64,000 nt of DNA from Candidatus Shapirobacteria bacterium (GTDB lineage: Bacteria > Patescibacteriota > Microgenomatia > UBA12405). The notes under the pieces are model-generated. The model saw nothing but the letters and a program-made list of their open reading frames with translations, did not search any database and had not been told where the DNA came from. The stretch covers positions 345,399-409,398 of the forward strand of contig JBAYIT010000001.1 of NCBI GenBank assembly GCA_041665485.1, read 5' to 3'. A program made the position numbers and the translations under genes. Every line of letters starts with the position of its first letter. The stretch's first letter is position 1. Positions 27,240-35,804 of the stretch are shown here, in pieces.

Positions 27240-27377
27240 GGTGGTGAGTTTGATTGCCTGGCCGAAAGGGTTGGTTGGTGATGGAATTGGGGTGGTGGTT
27301 GATGTCGGAGTGGGAGTGGAAGTTGCTGTTAGTGTTGGAATGGGTGTGGAATTGGTGGTAGCAGTGAGAGCAACATG

Positions 27378-27866
27378 TTATCTGGTGCTTGTAAATTGCC
27401 AGACTATTTGTGGAGTAGAGGTAACGTCCATTTCATCAACCTTGATGATTGGTGTTTCGCCTTCGTACATGCCGGTGAAAAGGGAAGGATCAATGGATTG
27501 ATCGTGACCGTAAATGTAGGTGTAAGCAAGTTTTCCAGGAGCATTGAGAAGACTGCCACAACCAACTAATTCGCCACGAGGACTGTAAAATTTGACTTGG
27601 GTGCCTTGAGGTAGAGGTTGGCCATCAGAATTGTTTAATTCTCCATAATAGATGGAGTAGACAAAAGATCCGAATCTTTCTCCTGGGCAAATTTGCGGAG
27701 TAGGGGTTTGGGCTCTATTTTTCCAAACAGTTTTTTGTTGGGTAAGAAAAGTAGATAAGGGGAGAACTAAGGCGAGGAAAATAAGTATGCCGACAGTAAT
27801 TTTTTGATCCAGACTAGCTGGTTTTAACCGAGGCATTGAGATAATGGTAGCGGTAGTGGTGATCAT
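27378..27866 (-). CDS. N-terminal signal-anchor segment of the large surface protein (separated from 24864-27239 by one in-frame TAA)
   Basis: 162-aa ORF with TM anchor VGILIFLALVLPLSTFL. Exactly in frame with the downstream ORF, with 46 sense codons (PT-rich) in between. Confidence 0.5.
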   Translation of the reverse strand: MITTTATIISMPRLKPASLDQKITVGILIFLALVLPLSTFLTQQKTVWKNRAQTPTPQICPGERFGSFVYSIYYGELNNSDGQPLPQGTQVKFYSPRGELVGCGSLLNAPGKLAYTYIYGHDQSIDPSLFTGMYEGETPIIKVDEMDVTSTPQIVWQFTSTR

Positions 27867-28123
27867 ATGTCAACAGGTACCGCCGATTATACATACTGGT
27901 TACTTATATGTCAAGTTATAGGACGTTATTTTCCACCGGAACCACGGCTTTGAGTGCGAAAGGCAGTGTTGAATTTAGGGACGTTGAATTGTGGTTTCCT
28001 GAATTGGTTGAAGCCGGGATTTTTGGGAGGAATCCGAACCTCGAAAGGTTTGGTGGCTTGAGGACTTTGGAGAGTGTTGTCTGATGGTTTAGTCATATTG
28101 GTTTATTTTAGCAGAAATTTCTA

Positions 28124-28207
28124 ACGTCATCGCGAGGCCGAAGGCCGTGGCGATCTCGTTTGGGATTGCTTCGTCCTCCGAAAGCTTTCGGAGTCCTCGC
28201 AATGACG
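28124..28207. repeat. REP/MITE-like palindromic element, copy 1 (acgtcatcgcgagg...cctcgcaatgacg)
   Basis: 13-bp terminal inverted repeats enclose ggccgaaggccgtggcgatctc..gggattgcttcg plus an internal hairpin. Other copies at 37624-37727 (reverse orientation, with insert), 55577-55648, 56005-56081, and a minimal fused form at 62735-62752. Confidence 0.8.
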
Positions 28208-28217
28208 GACGATGTGG

Positions 28218-29087
28218 TTAAAGAACAGTATAAACGACATCATTAATAGTATTGGCGCCGGAGAGGAGCATGGCAAGCCGGTCGAAACCGAGGCCGACGC
28301 CGGCGATAGGAGTGGGTAGGCTTGCTGAATTGATGGCGAAATTGGGATTAGTGCGGTGGATGGGGAGATTGTTTTGAAGGCGAAAATTGGTTTCGGTGGC
28401 AAAATTTTCTTCGATTAGTTTGGGGTCGGTGTTTTCAGTACAGCCGTTGGCAATTTCCATGCCATTAATATAGAGTTCAAAACGTTCTGCCAGATTATTT
28501 TTTGGTTTGGCTAATGGTGACATGAAGGCAGGGTAGTCAGTAATAAAAATAGGAGTGAGGGGGAGTTTTGGCTCGATATGGTTTAGAAAAATTTGATTGA
28601 GATCCGGCTCGTTTTTGGGGAGAGAAAAGCCCTTGTTGGCAAAAAGTTTAGCGAGGGGAATTCGGGGCCAAGGAGCATTGGGTATCTTTAGTGTTCGAAT
28701 ACTCTTTATTTTATTAAAGCAGTGGGTAATATAGTTTTGGGTAGAAGTCATTAAGTCAGTGTAATTGTGGCCGATTTCGTACCACTCGAGCATGGTAAAT
28801 TCGGGTTGATGAAGAGGGCCACTGGCTTCAAGGTCGCGAAAAGACTTAGAAATGGCAAAACAATTTTGTTTTTGAGTGGCTAAAATCTTCTTTAGGGTAG
28901 ATTCAGGAGAAGTAGCTAAATATAACTTTTGCTTATTGTGTTGCCAAATGGTGGAAAATGAGTAAATATCTGGTTCGATTGGGAGAGAGGGTAGAAGGAT
29001 GGGCGGGTCGACTTCAATAAAACCGTTAGCCCAAAAATATTCCCTGGTAAATTTTAATAATTGCTGACGAATCTCTTGAGGGGACAT
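28218..29087 (-). CDS. epmA: EF-P lysyl transferase-like protein (truncated class II LysRS paralog, EpmA/PoxA family)
   Basis: Motifs YLATSPE, SKSFRDLEASGPLHQPEFTMLEWY align with EpmA (SPE..., FRNE...HNPEFTMLEWY). Size about 290 aa, lacks an anticodon-binding domain. Confidence 0.6.
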   Translation of the reverse strand: MSPQEIRQQLLKFTREYFWANGFIEVDPPILLPSLPIEPDIYSFSTIWQHNKQKLYLATSPESTLKKILATQKQNCFAISKSFRDLEASGPLHQPEFTMLEWYEIGHNYTDLMTSTQNYITHCFNKIKSIRTLKIPNAPWPRIPLAKLFANKGFSLPKNEPDLNQIFLNHIEPKLPLTPIFITDYPAFMSPLAKPKNNLAERFELYINGMEIANGCTENTDPKLIEENFATETNFRLQNNLPIHRTNPNFAINSASLPTPIAGVGLGFDRLAMLLSGANTINDVVYTVL

Positions 29088-29118
29088 TGAAAAAAATTTT
29101 AAATTTTAAATTTTAAAA

Positions 29119-30069
29119 TCAAGAAAAGTATTTTATAACATCTTGGCAGGAGGGTAGGTGGAGGTCTTGAGAATAACCACAATTATATTTTGGATCACAA
29201 CAACCGGAACAGGAAATTTTTAATTTCTCCGTCTGAGACGGACTTCGCTTCGCTTCGCAATTTTCAATTTTCAATGAATGTTCAAATTTATTAATTTCAA
29301 AATTATTAAATAGTTTGCAGTTTTGACAAGTGGAAAGTAAATTTGAAAAATCAGTAACTATTTTTTTAATTGGATCGGAGAGTTTGCCGATAGAAATAGG
29401 GGATTCGCAACAACTATAAATTAGGCCGTTTGACTGAAGAGAGATTTGGGAGCAGCCTAAATTTTTTCCTGGAAAAGTGGGGTAATTTTGTTTAATGTTG
29501 ATAACTTGGGCGGGAGTGAGAGAGCCTAAACGGTCGGTGAGATAGGTAACGGTAACTGGTAATCGGTAATCGGTAATCAGTGATCTGGGAAAAGAGTCCT
29601 TATACTTATATGAATCTTTAGTAATTAGAAAAAAGATACCAACGGGGAAGCCGAGGGAAAGGGCGTGGTTGATAAAGTCGATAGATTTGGCAAAATTGCC
29701 CCCCCCGCGATTTTTGTCGTGAATTTCCTTGGGGCCATCAAGAGAGACCAGAAGCTGGCAGTTTTGAGGATCATTGATTTTATCGAGTTGGTCGATAGTG
29801 CCATTAGTAATAATGGTGATAAATATGCCAAGTTTGAGGAGATTATTGACGAGGCAGGGAAAGCTTTTAAGAGTGAAGACTTCACCACCGCAAAAAGTAA
29901 TAGATCCTAGATTTTGGTTTTTAGATGTTAGATAGGAACGATATCTTTTAACAAAACCTAGAATTTGCTTGTTGGTGAGGATATTTTTAGTCTTGCGGGT
30001 GTAGCAGTATTTGCAGGCAAGGTTACAGGATTCGAGAGGAGAGATATAAAGACTAGTTAGCATGGCCAA
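29119..30069 (-). CDS. radical SAM enzyme with SPASM/twitch-like C-terminal Cys cluster
   Basis: N-terminal CNLACKYCY (Cx3Cx2C) after 14 residues. CGGE SAM-binding glycine motif. C-terminal CSQISLQSNGLIYSCC (Cx8Gx4C) and CQNC...C...SCSGCC...C clusters. Two repeat families are inserted in-frame (29230-29275 and 29545-29585). Probable ATG at 30063, 8 nt after the rpmG stop. Confidence 0.7.
   Translation of the reverse strand: MAMLTSLYISPLESCNLACKYCYTRKTKNILTNKQILGFVKRYRSYLTSKNQNLGSITFCGGEVFTLKSFPCLVNNLLKLGIFITIITNGTIDQLDKINDPQNCQLLVSLDGPKEIHDKNRGGGNFAKSIDFINHALSLGFPVGIFFLITKDSYKYKDSFPRSLITDYRLPVTVTYLTDRLGSLTPAQVINIKQNYPTFPGKNLGCSQISLQSNGLIYSCCESPISIGKLSDPIKKIVTDFSNLLSTCQNCKLFNNFEINKFEHSLKIENCEAKRSPSQTEKLKISCSGCCDPKYNCGYSQDLHLPSCQDVIKYFS
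29545..29585. repeat. ggtaat[ct] heptamer tandem array (in-frame inside radical SAM gene)
   Basis: ggtaacggtaactggtaatcggtaatcggtaatcagtgatc encodes ITDYRLPVTVTYLTD on the minus strand. Family members at 17625-17658, 22246-22265, 43258-43296, 43575-43600, 56471-56510, 61218-61258 and 61624-61662. Confidence 0.8.
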
Positions 30070-30070
30070 C

Positions 30071-30259
30071 TTATTTCAATTTAGTCGATTCTTTGTGCTC
30101 GGTACGCTTTTTACACCAATTGCAGTATTTCATGAATTTGAGCTTGTCGGGAGTGTTGGTCTTGTTCTTTTGGGTGAGATAATTTTGAGCGCCACAAACA
30201 GAACATAAGAGAGCTAGTAAAATTCGTGGTGTTTTTTTTGATTTTTCGCCTTTGGCCAT
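30071..30259 (-). CDS. rpmG: 50S ribosomal protein L33 (zinc-ribbon form)
   Basis: MAKGEKSKKTPRILLALLCSVCGAQNYLTQKNKTN..KLKFMKYCNWCKKRTEHKE is an L33-like sequence with a CxxC...CxxC zinc ribbon. Confidence 0.8.
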   Translation of the reverse strand: MAKGEKSKKTPRILLALLCSVCGAQNYLTQKNKTNTPDKLKFMKYCNWCKKRTEHKESTKLK

Positions 30260-30296
30260 GAGGGTATTGTACTACAAAATTTTAAATTTGAAATTT

Positions 30297-31154
30297 TTAA
30301 TTTTTAAATTCTAAGGTTTCGATGATTTTGTTGTCGAAAAGGGTTTTGGCCAGGGTGTCGGAGAAGAATTGGGCGCCGAGTTCGGAGGGGTGGAGGTTGT
30401 CGGCCTTGGAGATAAGTTCGGGAAGGCCTTCGTCGTTTTTGAGGCTATTGGTGAAGGCATTGGCTAGGGGGAATTTTTGTGATTGAGCAAAATTAATGAT
30501 GTTTTGAAGATAGGCCCTGATGGTTTTGGTCTTTTCTATTTTTTCGAGATTGGTGAGATGAATATCTTTAATGCCAGAAGCAAAATTAAGAGAATTAGGG
30601 GCAATGGTGGCAGTGAGAACGATTTTGGTGGCAGGTAATTCTTTTTGGATGGTAGAGGTAATATTGCTTAGAGCTTGCCATTGACGATCAAAACCGGATT
30701 GAGTATTACCAAAATTGTTGTAGGCAAATGATTCAACGACGATGATATCTGGGTTGAGAGAGAGGAGGGAAGGATAATCCTGATCTTTATATTGATAATT
30801 ATTTTTGAGCCGGTGGAGAGCGTATTCGATATTAGAGGCGCCGACGCCATAGTTAATAATCTTGAATTTTTTATTGGGGAAATATTGTTCGAGGGCGGTT
30901 TCTAAGCTGGAGATGTCTGGCCCAAGGGTATCGATCATGGAGTCGCCCAAAACGGCAATGGTGATAATCTGCTGGTTTTCTTGAATACCGCCAATGCCAT
31001 GAATTACGGAGTTAGGTCGTCGATCATCGATCGTCGTTTGGATGCCCAAGACCTGAGGTGTTTCAATGTTTTGAACTAGAGCGATTGGGGTGGGCATGGG
31101 TAGAGAATAGTGAGGTTGATAAGCCTCGATAAGTTGATAGAAGAGAGGAATCAT
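30297..31154 (-). CDS. SGNH/GDSL-family hydrolase
   Basis: GDS block IAVLGDSMID and C-terminal DNLHPSELG (DxxH) are typical of SGNH hydrolases. Confidence 0.65.
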   Translation of the reverse strand: MIPLFYQLIEAYQPHYSLPMPTPIALVQNIETPQVLGIQTTIDDRRPNSVIHGIGGIQENQQIITIAVLGDSMIDTLGPDISSLETALEQYFPNKKFKIINYGVGASNIEYALHRLKNNYQYKDQDYPSLLSLNPDIIVVESFAYNNFGNTQSGFDRQWQALSNITSTIQKELPATKIVLTATIAPNSLNFASGIKDIHLTNLEKIEKTKTIRAYLQNIINFAQSQKFPLANAFTNSLKNDEGLPELISKADNLHPSELGAQFFSDTLAKTLFDNKIIETLEFKN

Positions 31155-31468
31155 GAAAGTGAGTAGTTAACCAATGTTTGTTTATAGCGCTTGATTTGTT
31201 TCTCGATTTGTTGGCTTAGATCGATGAGAGCGCTTTCGAGATTAATGTGGGAAGTAGAGGCAAAAAGGCTTTCTTTGCCGGGAAGATTCATGTCAAAGTT
31301 GACGGTAAAATGGCCGATTTTGTCTTTAGTGATTTTCATGGAGGCGATTTTTAAATCAGGGGCAAAATCAGTCAAAAGTTTTTCTAATTTGAGATTAATT
31401 TTGTTGTCGATTAGCTTTTTAACTTTGGAGGAAAGAGAAATGTTATCGCCGAGGATTTGAATGTTCAT
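31151..31468 (-). CDS. hpf: ribosome hibernation promoting factor / RaiA family
   Basis: 105 aa. MNIQILGDNISLSSKVKKLIDNKINLKLEKL...FTVNFDMNL matches the HPF/YfiA short form. Confidence 0.7.
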   Translation of the reverse strand: MNIQILGDNISLSSKVKKLIDNKINLKLEKLLTDFAPDLKIASMKITKDKIGHFTVNFDMNLPGKESLFASTSHINLESALIDLSQQIEKQIKRYKQTLVNYSLS

Positions 31469-31480
31469 GCTTTTTTATTG

Positions 31481-31577
31481 CTCAATAACTGATTTTTGCA
31501 ATCCTCGCTACCTTCGGGGTCCGCTGTATGCTGGACCGTTCGCTGCGGGTTGAAAAATCGTTATTTCGCAATCAATA
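31481..31577. repeat. 85-bp palindromic element, copy B
   Basis: caataactgatttttgcaatcctcgctaccttcgggg...cgctgcgggttgaaaaatcgttattt. Same core as copies A and C, with covarying outer stem. Confidence 0.6.
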
Positions 31578-31615
31578 AAAATATAACCTCTCAATTCAAA
31601 TATAGCACGCGGGGG

Positions 31616-33070
31616 TTAGGTAAAGAGAGAGAGGGAGGCAAGAAGGGTAGAGATACCGAGAGTGTGCGATAGATAAGAAATAAGAAAAAACTGGCGATTT
31701 TTGATGGCCGAGAGGCCCATGAGGCTAATACCTAATTCATCGGGGAGGGGAGAGGCGATAATAATGGCGCCGACAAGGGAGAGTGTCCAACCAAAAAATT
31801 TCGTATGGAGAATTTTTCGGATATGTTGGTGGTGAGGAAAAAGTTTGTAAATGGGGCTGACGTGAGCTTCAGCCTTATGACGGACGAGCTTGAAGATGAG
31901 AAGATCGGTGGTGACAGCACCAAGGGCGCCAACAATGATGAGAATGAGAGGGTTGAGGGTGGGGGCAATGTTGGCAATGAGTAGAGCACCAATGGTGACA
32001 GTAAAGGTGGAGGCGAAAAGGCTTCCGGCGAGAAAGGCAGAAAGATAACCAAGTCTACCAAGATGGGGAGTTAGATTGGCAAAAATAGAACTTTTGAATA
32101 AGACAAAAGTGATGGCTAAGCCAATAAAGAGAGCGATTAGGTTTTTGTGTTTGTGTTGGTGGTGGGGAGCAATTCTGGGCCAACGGTGAAGAAATTGAAG
32201 AGGAATAAGGAGAAGATTATTGCTGATGGTGTAGGCAATTGAGGGAAGGGCAACTAAGGGAGAAAAGACAGTTAGGGCAAGAATGGTGCCCATAGTGTAG
32301 TTTTTGTAACCTGAGGTTAGGCCGTAAGTAATTTTTTCGGGAAAAGAATTCTTGAGGGTTGTGCCAAGAAAAAAATTAATAACAGTGAGAATGGAAATAA
32401 AAACAGTTAACCCAAGAGTTAGAGTGAGGTTTTCAGAAATAACAGTTTTGATGGGGGAAAGAATACCCAAAATAATGAGGAAAAGAATTAGGGTGGAGAG
32501 AGATGAGGTGTAAGAGGAAAGTTTTTGGCCGGGGCGCGTTTTGCCAAATAAATAGCCTAAAATGAGTGGTATTAGAACCATGAAAAAAATGGTTTGTGAC
32601 ATGCTGGCCAAGGGCAAACTAACAACTTGATGAGCAAAAAGATAGACAATGGCCGGGACCAAAATTGGAGAAAGGAGGTTGCTAGTGGTGGAAGCAATTA
32701 GGGCCTTGATGGGAATACCACCATAAATAAGGCTTAAAAAGACAGAACTACGGCCGGCAGGGATGGAGGCAGCCAAAATCAGGCCAAGAAAAATTGGTGG
32801 AGAAAAGAGGTCTCTTAAGAGAAAAATAATTAAAGGAGAAACGAGGTGGACGATGGTTATGACTAAGGCAAGAGATTTGAGGTCGGAAAAGCCATCAATG
32901 ATTTGTTTGATTTGGAGGTCAAGGCAACTTAAAAACATCATGACAGCCAGAAGATAGTTGAGGTAGGGCTTGATTTCTTGGCCAAGAACAGGAAAAATAA
33001 GGCTAACGGTGATTGCTAGAAGAATAATCGCCCAGGTATTTTTCTTAATTAGTTGATTAAGATCGTTCAC
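31616..33070 (-). CDS. bile acid:sodium symporter (BASS)-family-like transporter with C-terminal extra TM domain
   Basis: Polytopic membrane protein. ASIPAGRSSVFLSLIYGG and overall helix pattern resemble BASS/ACR3-type carriers. Confidence 0.45.
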   Translation of the reverse strand: MNDLNQLIKKNTWAIILLAITVSLIFPVLGQEIKPYLNYLLAVMMFLSCLDLQIKQIIDGFSDLKSLALVITIVHLVSPLIIFLLRDLFSPPIFLGLILAASIPAGRSSVFLSLIYGGIPIKALIASTTSNLLSPILVPAIVYLFAHQVVSLPLASMSQTIFFMVLIPLILGYLFGKTRPGQKLSSYTSSLSTLILFLIILGILSPIKTVISENLTLTLGLTVFISILTVINFFLGTTLKNSFPEKITYGLTSGYKNYTMGTILALTVFSPLVALPSIAYTISNNLLLIPLQFLHRWPRIAPHHQHKHKNLIALFIGLAITFVLFKSSIFANLTPHLGRLGYLSAFLAGSLFASTFTVTIGALLIANIAPTLNPLILIIVGALGAVTTDLLIFKLVRHKAEAHVSPIYKLFPHHQHIRKILHTKFFGWTLSLVGAIIIASPLPDELGISLMGLSAIKNRQFFLISYLSHTLGISTLLASLSLFT

Positions 33071-33088
33071 ATAAAGATGGTAGCAGAT

Positions 33089-33173
33089 TGGCGGAGGGTA
33101 CAGGGGTCGAACCTGTTAGTCCTTACGGACACCAGTTTTCAAAACTGGCGCATTACCGTCCTGCCCACCCTCC
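33089..33173 (-). tRNA. tRNA-Ser (anticodon TGA)
   Basis: Reverse complement folds as a type II tRNA: acceptor ggagggt/accctcc, 3-bp D stem, anticodon loop ttTGAaa, long variable arm, T-loop ttcgacc, discriminator G, encoded CCA. Confidence 0.85.
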
Positions 33174-33215
33174 TACACCCAGGTTTCGGAGGGCAATGCC
33201 CTCCAAGATGAAAAG

Positions 33216-33288
33216 AGCCTGGAAAGGAACTCGGATCCTTGACCTTCCCCTTACCAAGGGGATGCTCTACCAACTGAGCTATCCAGGC
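33216..33288 (-). tRNA. tRNA-Thr (anticodon GGT)
   Basis: Reverse complement gcctggatagctcagttggtagagc...ttGGTaa...tccaggc+t folds as a canonical cloverleaf. Confidence 0.85.
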
Positions 33289-33353
33289 ATGTCAAAGGCT
33301 ATTTTAGCAGATTTAAACATACTACACTTGTAGTTGAAGTGGTAGAATAAGGA

Positions 33354-34076
33354 GTGTTGAAAATAGGAAATTTGGAAGTCAAAATTGAAGGGAAGAAGGT
33401 ATTGGCCGGTCTTAATTTGGAAATCAAAGATGGAGAGGTGGTGGCGGTGATGGGGCCAAATGGGAGTGGTAAGTCAACTTTAGCCTATACTTTGGCAGGA
33501 AAATACCCAAATACAGGTAAAATTTTATGGAACAAAAATGATATTAGTGATTTGAAGCCGGAAGAAAGAGCCCATCTTGGCATTTTTTTGGCCAATCAAT
33601 CCCCGGTGGCGATTCCCGGGTTGTCGGTGAATAGATTCTTGTGGAATTTATATAAAGTCCGAAAAGTAGAAAGCCCAAAAAGTTTGGGGGTGATGGAGTT
33701 TAGAAAGTGGATCGAGAAGAAGGTGGAGAATCTAGGGATAGGTGGGGAATTGTTAAAGCGGGGACTGAATGATGGTTTTTCGGGCGGGGAAAGAAAGAAG
33801 ATGGAAATTTTGCAAATGCTAGTACTGGAGCCAAAGTTGGTAATTTTGGATGAAATTGATTCGGGGCTTGATGTTGATGCCCTAAAAAGAGTGACTCAAG
33901 TAGTTGTAGACGAGGTAAAAAATAGAAAAATGGCAGTGTTGGTAATTACTCATTACAGCCGGATTTTGAAGTATTTGAAACCAGATAGAGTGGCAATTTT
34001 GAAAGCAGGAAAAATTGAAAGAACGGGAGGATGGGAACTAACGGAAGAAATTGAAAGAGATGGCTATGAAAAATAA
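33354..34076 (+). CDS. sufC: Fe-S cluster assembly ATPase SufC
   Basis: Walker [15 protein letters not shown] signature FSGGERKK, Walker [13 protein letters not shown]. Contains in-frame repeat-derived insert [12 protein letters not shown] (33655-33690). Confidence 0.85.
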   Translation: MLKIGNLEVKIEGKKVLAGLNLEIKDGEVVAVMGPNGSGKSTLAYTLAGKYPNTGKILWNKNDISDLKPEERAHLGIFLANQSPVAIPGLSVNRFLWNLYKVRKVESPKSLGVMEFRKWIEKKVENLGIGGELLKRGLNDGFSGGERKKMEILQMLVLEPKLVILDEIDSGLDVDALKRVTQVVVDEVKNRKMAVLVITHYSRILKYLKPDRVAILKAGKIERTGGWELTEEIERDGYEK

Positions 34077-35418
34077 AGCTTATGTTTTTAGGGCCAAAAA
34101 GGGTTTGGATCAAGGGGTGGTGGAGCAGATATCGGCCAAGAAACAAGAACCGGAATGGATGAGAGATTTTCGGCTGAGGGCATATAAAATCTTTTTGGAA
34201 AAGCCGATGCCAACTTGGGGGGCAGATTTAAGTGGAATTAATTTTGAGGAAATATATTATTATCTTAAGCCAAACGAAAAGGTGGAGAGGAGTTGGGACG
34301 ATTTACCAAAAGAAATAAGGGATACCTATGACAAAATCGGAATTCCCGAGGCGGAGAAAAAATATTTGGGGGGAGTAAAGGCACAATATGAGTCAGAGGT
34401 GGTATATGGCAGTTTGAAAAAAAGTTTGGAGAAGAAAGGAATTATATTTTGTGGGATGGATGAAGCGCTTTTAAAATATCCGGAAATGGTGAAGAGATAT
34501 TTTGGGACAATAATACCGTCTGGCGACAACAAATTTGCGGCTCTAAATTCGGCAGTTTGGTCGGGCGGATCGTTTATCTATGTGCCAAAGAATATTAAAG
34601 TAGGGCTACCGCTTCAAGCGTATTTTCGGATAAATTCGGCCAATATGGGCCAATTTGAGAGAACACTAATAATCGTGGATGAAAGGGCAGAGGTGCATTA
34701 TGTGGAGGGGTGTTCGGCGCCAATTTATTCTGATGATAGTTTACATGCGGCAGTGGTGGAGGTAGTAGTTAAGAAGGGCGGTAAGTGTCGCTATACTACT
34801 ATTCAAAACTGGTCGACCAATGTTTACAATCTGGTGACCAAAAGAGCTTGGGTGGAAGAAAACGGACTAATGGAGTGGGTGGATGGCAACTTGGGAAGTA
34901 AGGTGACAATGAAATATCCAGCTGTGGTGCTGGCGGGCGAAGGGGCGCGGGGAGAAATTTTATCGATGGCAGTGGCAGGGAAAGGGCAAAATCTTGATAA
35001 TGGAGGAAAATGTATTCATCTGAAGCCAAACACAACTAGTCGGATTACGGCCAAATCGATAAGTATGAAGGGGGGGAGAAGTAGTTATCGGGGGCTAATC
35101 CAAATTAGTCCGGGAGCGAAAAATGCCAGAAGTAAGGTGATGTGTGATGCTTTGATTTTGGATGGAAAATCTCGAAGTGACACCTATCCGACCAATAAAG
35201 TATTGGAAAGTGAGGCGATTGTGGAACATGAGGCAACGGTGAGTAAAATCGGTGAAGAGCAATTATTTTATTTGCGGTCGAGAGGATTTTCCCCTAAAGA
35301 AGCGGAGACGATGATTGTTAATGGTTTTATGGAGCCGATAGTTAAAGAATTACCAATGGAATACGCAGTGGAATTAAACCGACTTATAGGGTTACAAATG
35401 GAGGGAAGTTTGGGATGA
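34051..35418 (+). CDS. sufB: Fe-S cluster assembly protein SufB
   Basis: Conserved SufB core ([51 protein letters not shown]). Confidence 0.85.
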   Translation: MKEMAMKNKAYVFRAKKGLDQGVVEQISAKKQEPEWMRDFRLRAYKIFLEKPMPTWGADLSGINFEEIYYYLKPNEKVERSWDDLPKEIRDTYDKIGIPEAEKKYLGGVKAQYESEVVYGSLKKSLEKKGIIFCGMDEALLKYPEMVKRYFGTIIPSGDNKFAALNSAVWSGGSFIYVPKNIKVGLPLQAYFRINSANMGQFERTLIIVDERAEVHYVEGCSAPIYSDDSLHAAVVEVVVKKGGKCRYTTIQNWSTNVYNLVTKRAWVEENGLMEWVDGNLGSKVTMKYPAVVLAGEGARGEILSMAVAGKGQNLDNGGKCIHLKPNTTSRITAKSISMKGGRSSYRGLIQISPGAKNARSKVMCDALILDGKSRSDTYPTNKVLESEAIVEHEATVSKIGEEQLFYLRSRGFSPKEAETMIVNGFMEPIVKELPMEYAVELNRLIGLQMEGSLG

Positions 35419-35804
35419 GACAACAAGTTATAAAGTTGAAAGTCGGAAAGTTAGAAAGCAAAGGTGTTGCTAAGATTTGGCGGATAAATAAATCCAACAT
35501 AAAAAAAAGACTGGTGATGAGGGCGGTGGTGGAAGAAGGTGGATATTTGGAAATGAAAGGTAAAATAGTCATCGGCAAGAATATTGCCGATGTTGATGTT
35601 TTTTTAGAACAGAGGGTGTTGCTTATGGGGGTTGGAGCTAGAGCGGTGGTGATCCCGGAATTGGAGATTGAAAGTAATGAAGTAAAGGCCGGCCATGCGA
35701 CCAGTGTAGGGCAAATAGACCAGGAACAATTATTCTATTTAACTAGTAGGGGGTTAACTAGAGAATTAGCAGTTAAGTTGTTGATTGAAGCTTTCTTGGC
35801 GTAA
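35415..35804 (+). CDS. sufD: short SufD-like protein (SufBD C-terminal domain)
   Basis: C-terminal [36 protein letters not shown] matches the SufD/SufB C-terminal motif. Gene is unusually short (129 aa). Confidence 0.5.
   Translation: MRQQVIKLKVGKLESKGVAKIWRINKSNIKKRLVMRAVVEEGGYLEMKGKIVIGKNIADVDVFLEQRVLLMGVGARAVVIPELEIESNEVKAGHATSVGQIDQEQLFYLTSRGLTRELAVKLLIEAFLA

Noticed and set aside
27926-28098. 57-codon minus-strand ORF (MTKPSDNTLQSPQATKPFEV...RGSGGK) upstream of the surface-protein gene
   Set aside because: No recognisable family and no clear RBS. Could be a leader peptide, but the evidence is insufficient.
28127-28402. ORF 28127-28402 (91 aa, minus) and many other track ORFs rich in P/S/T/L on the opposite strand of real genes
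   Set aside because: These are shadow ORFs produced by the G-rich/C-rich strand bias, for example the ORFs inside glyA, sufB and topA on the antisense strand. The 28127 ORF is created by the REP-like element and overlaps epmA out of frame.
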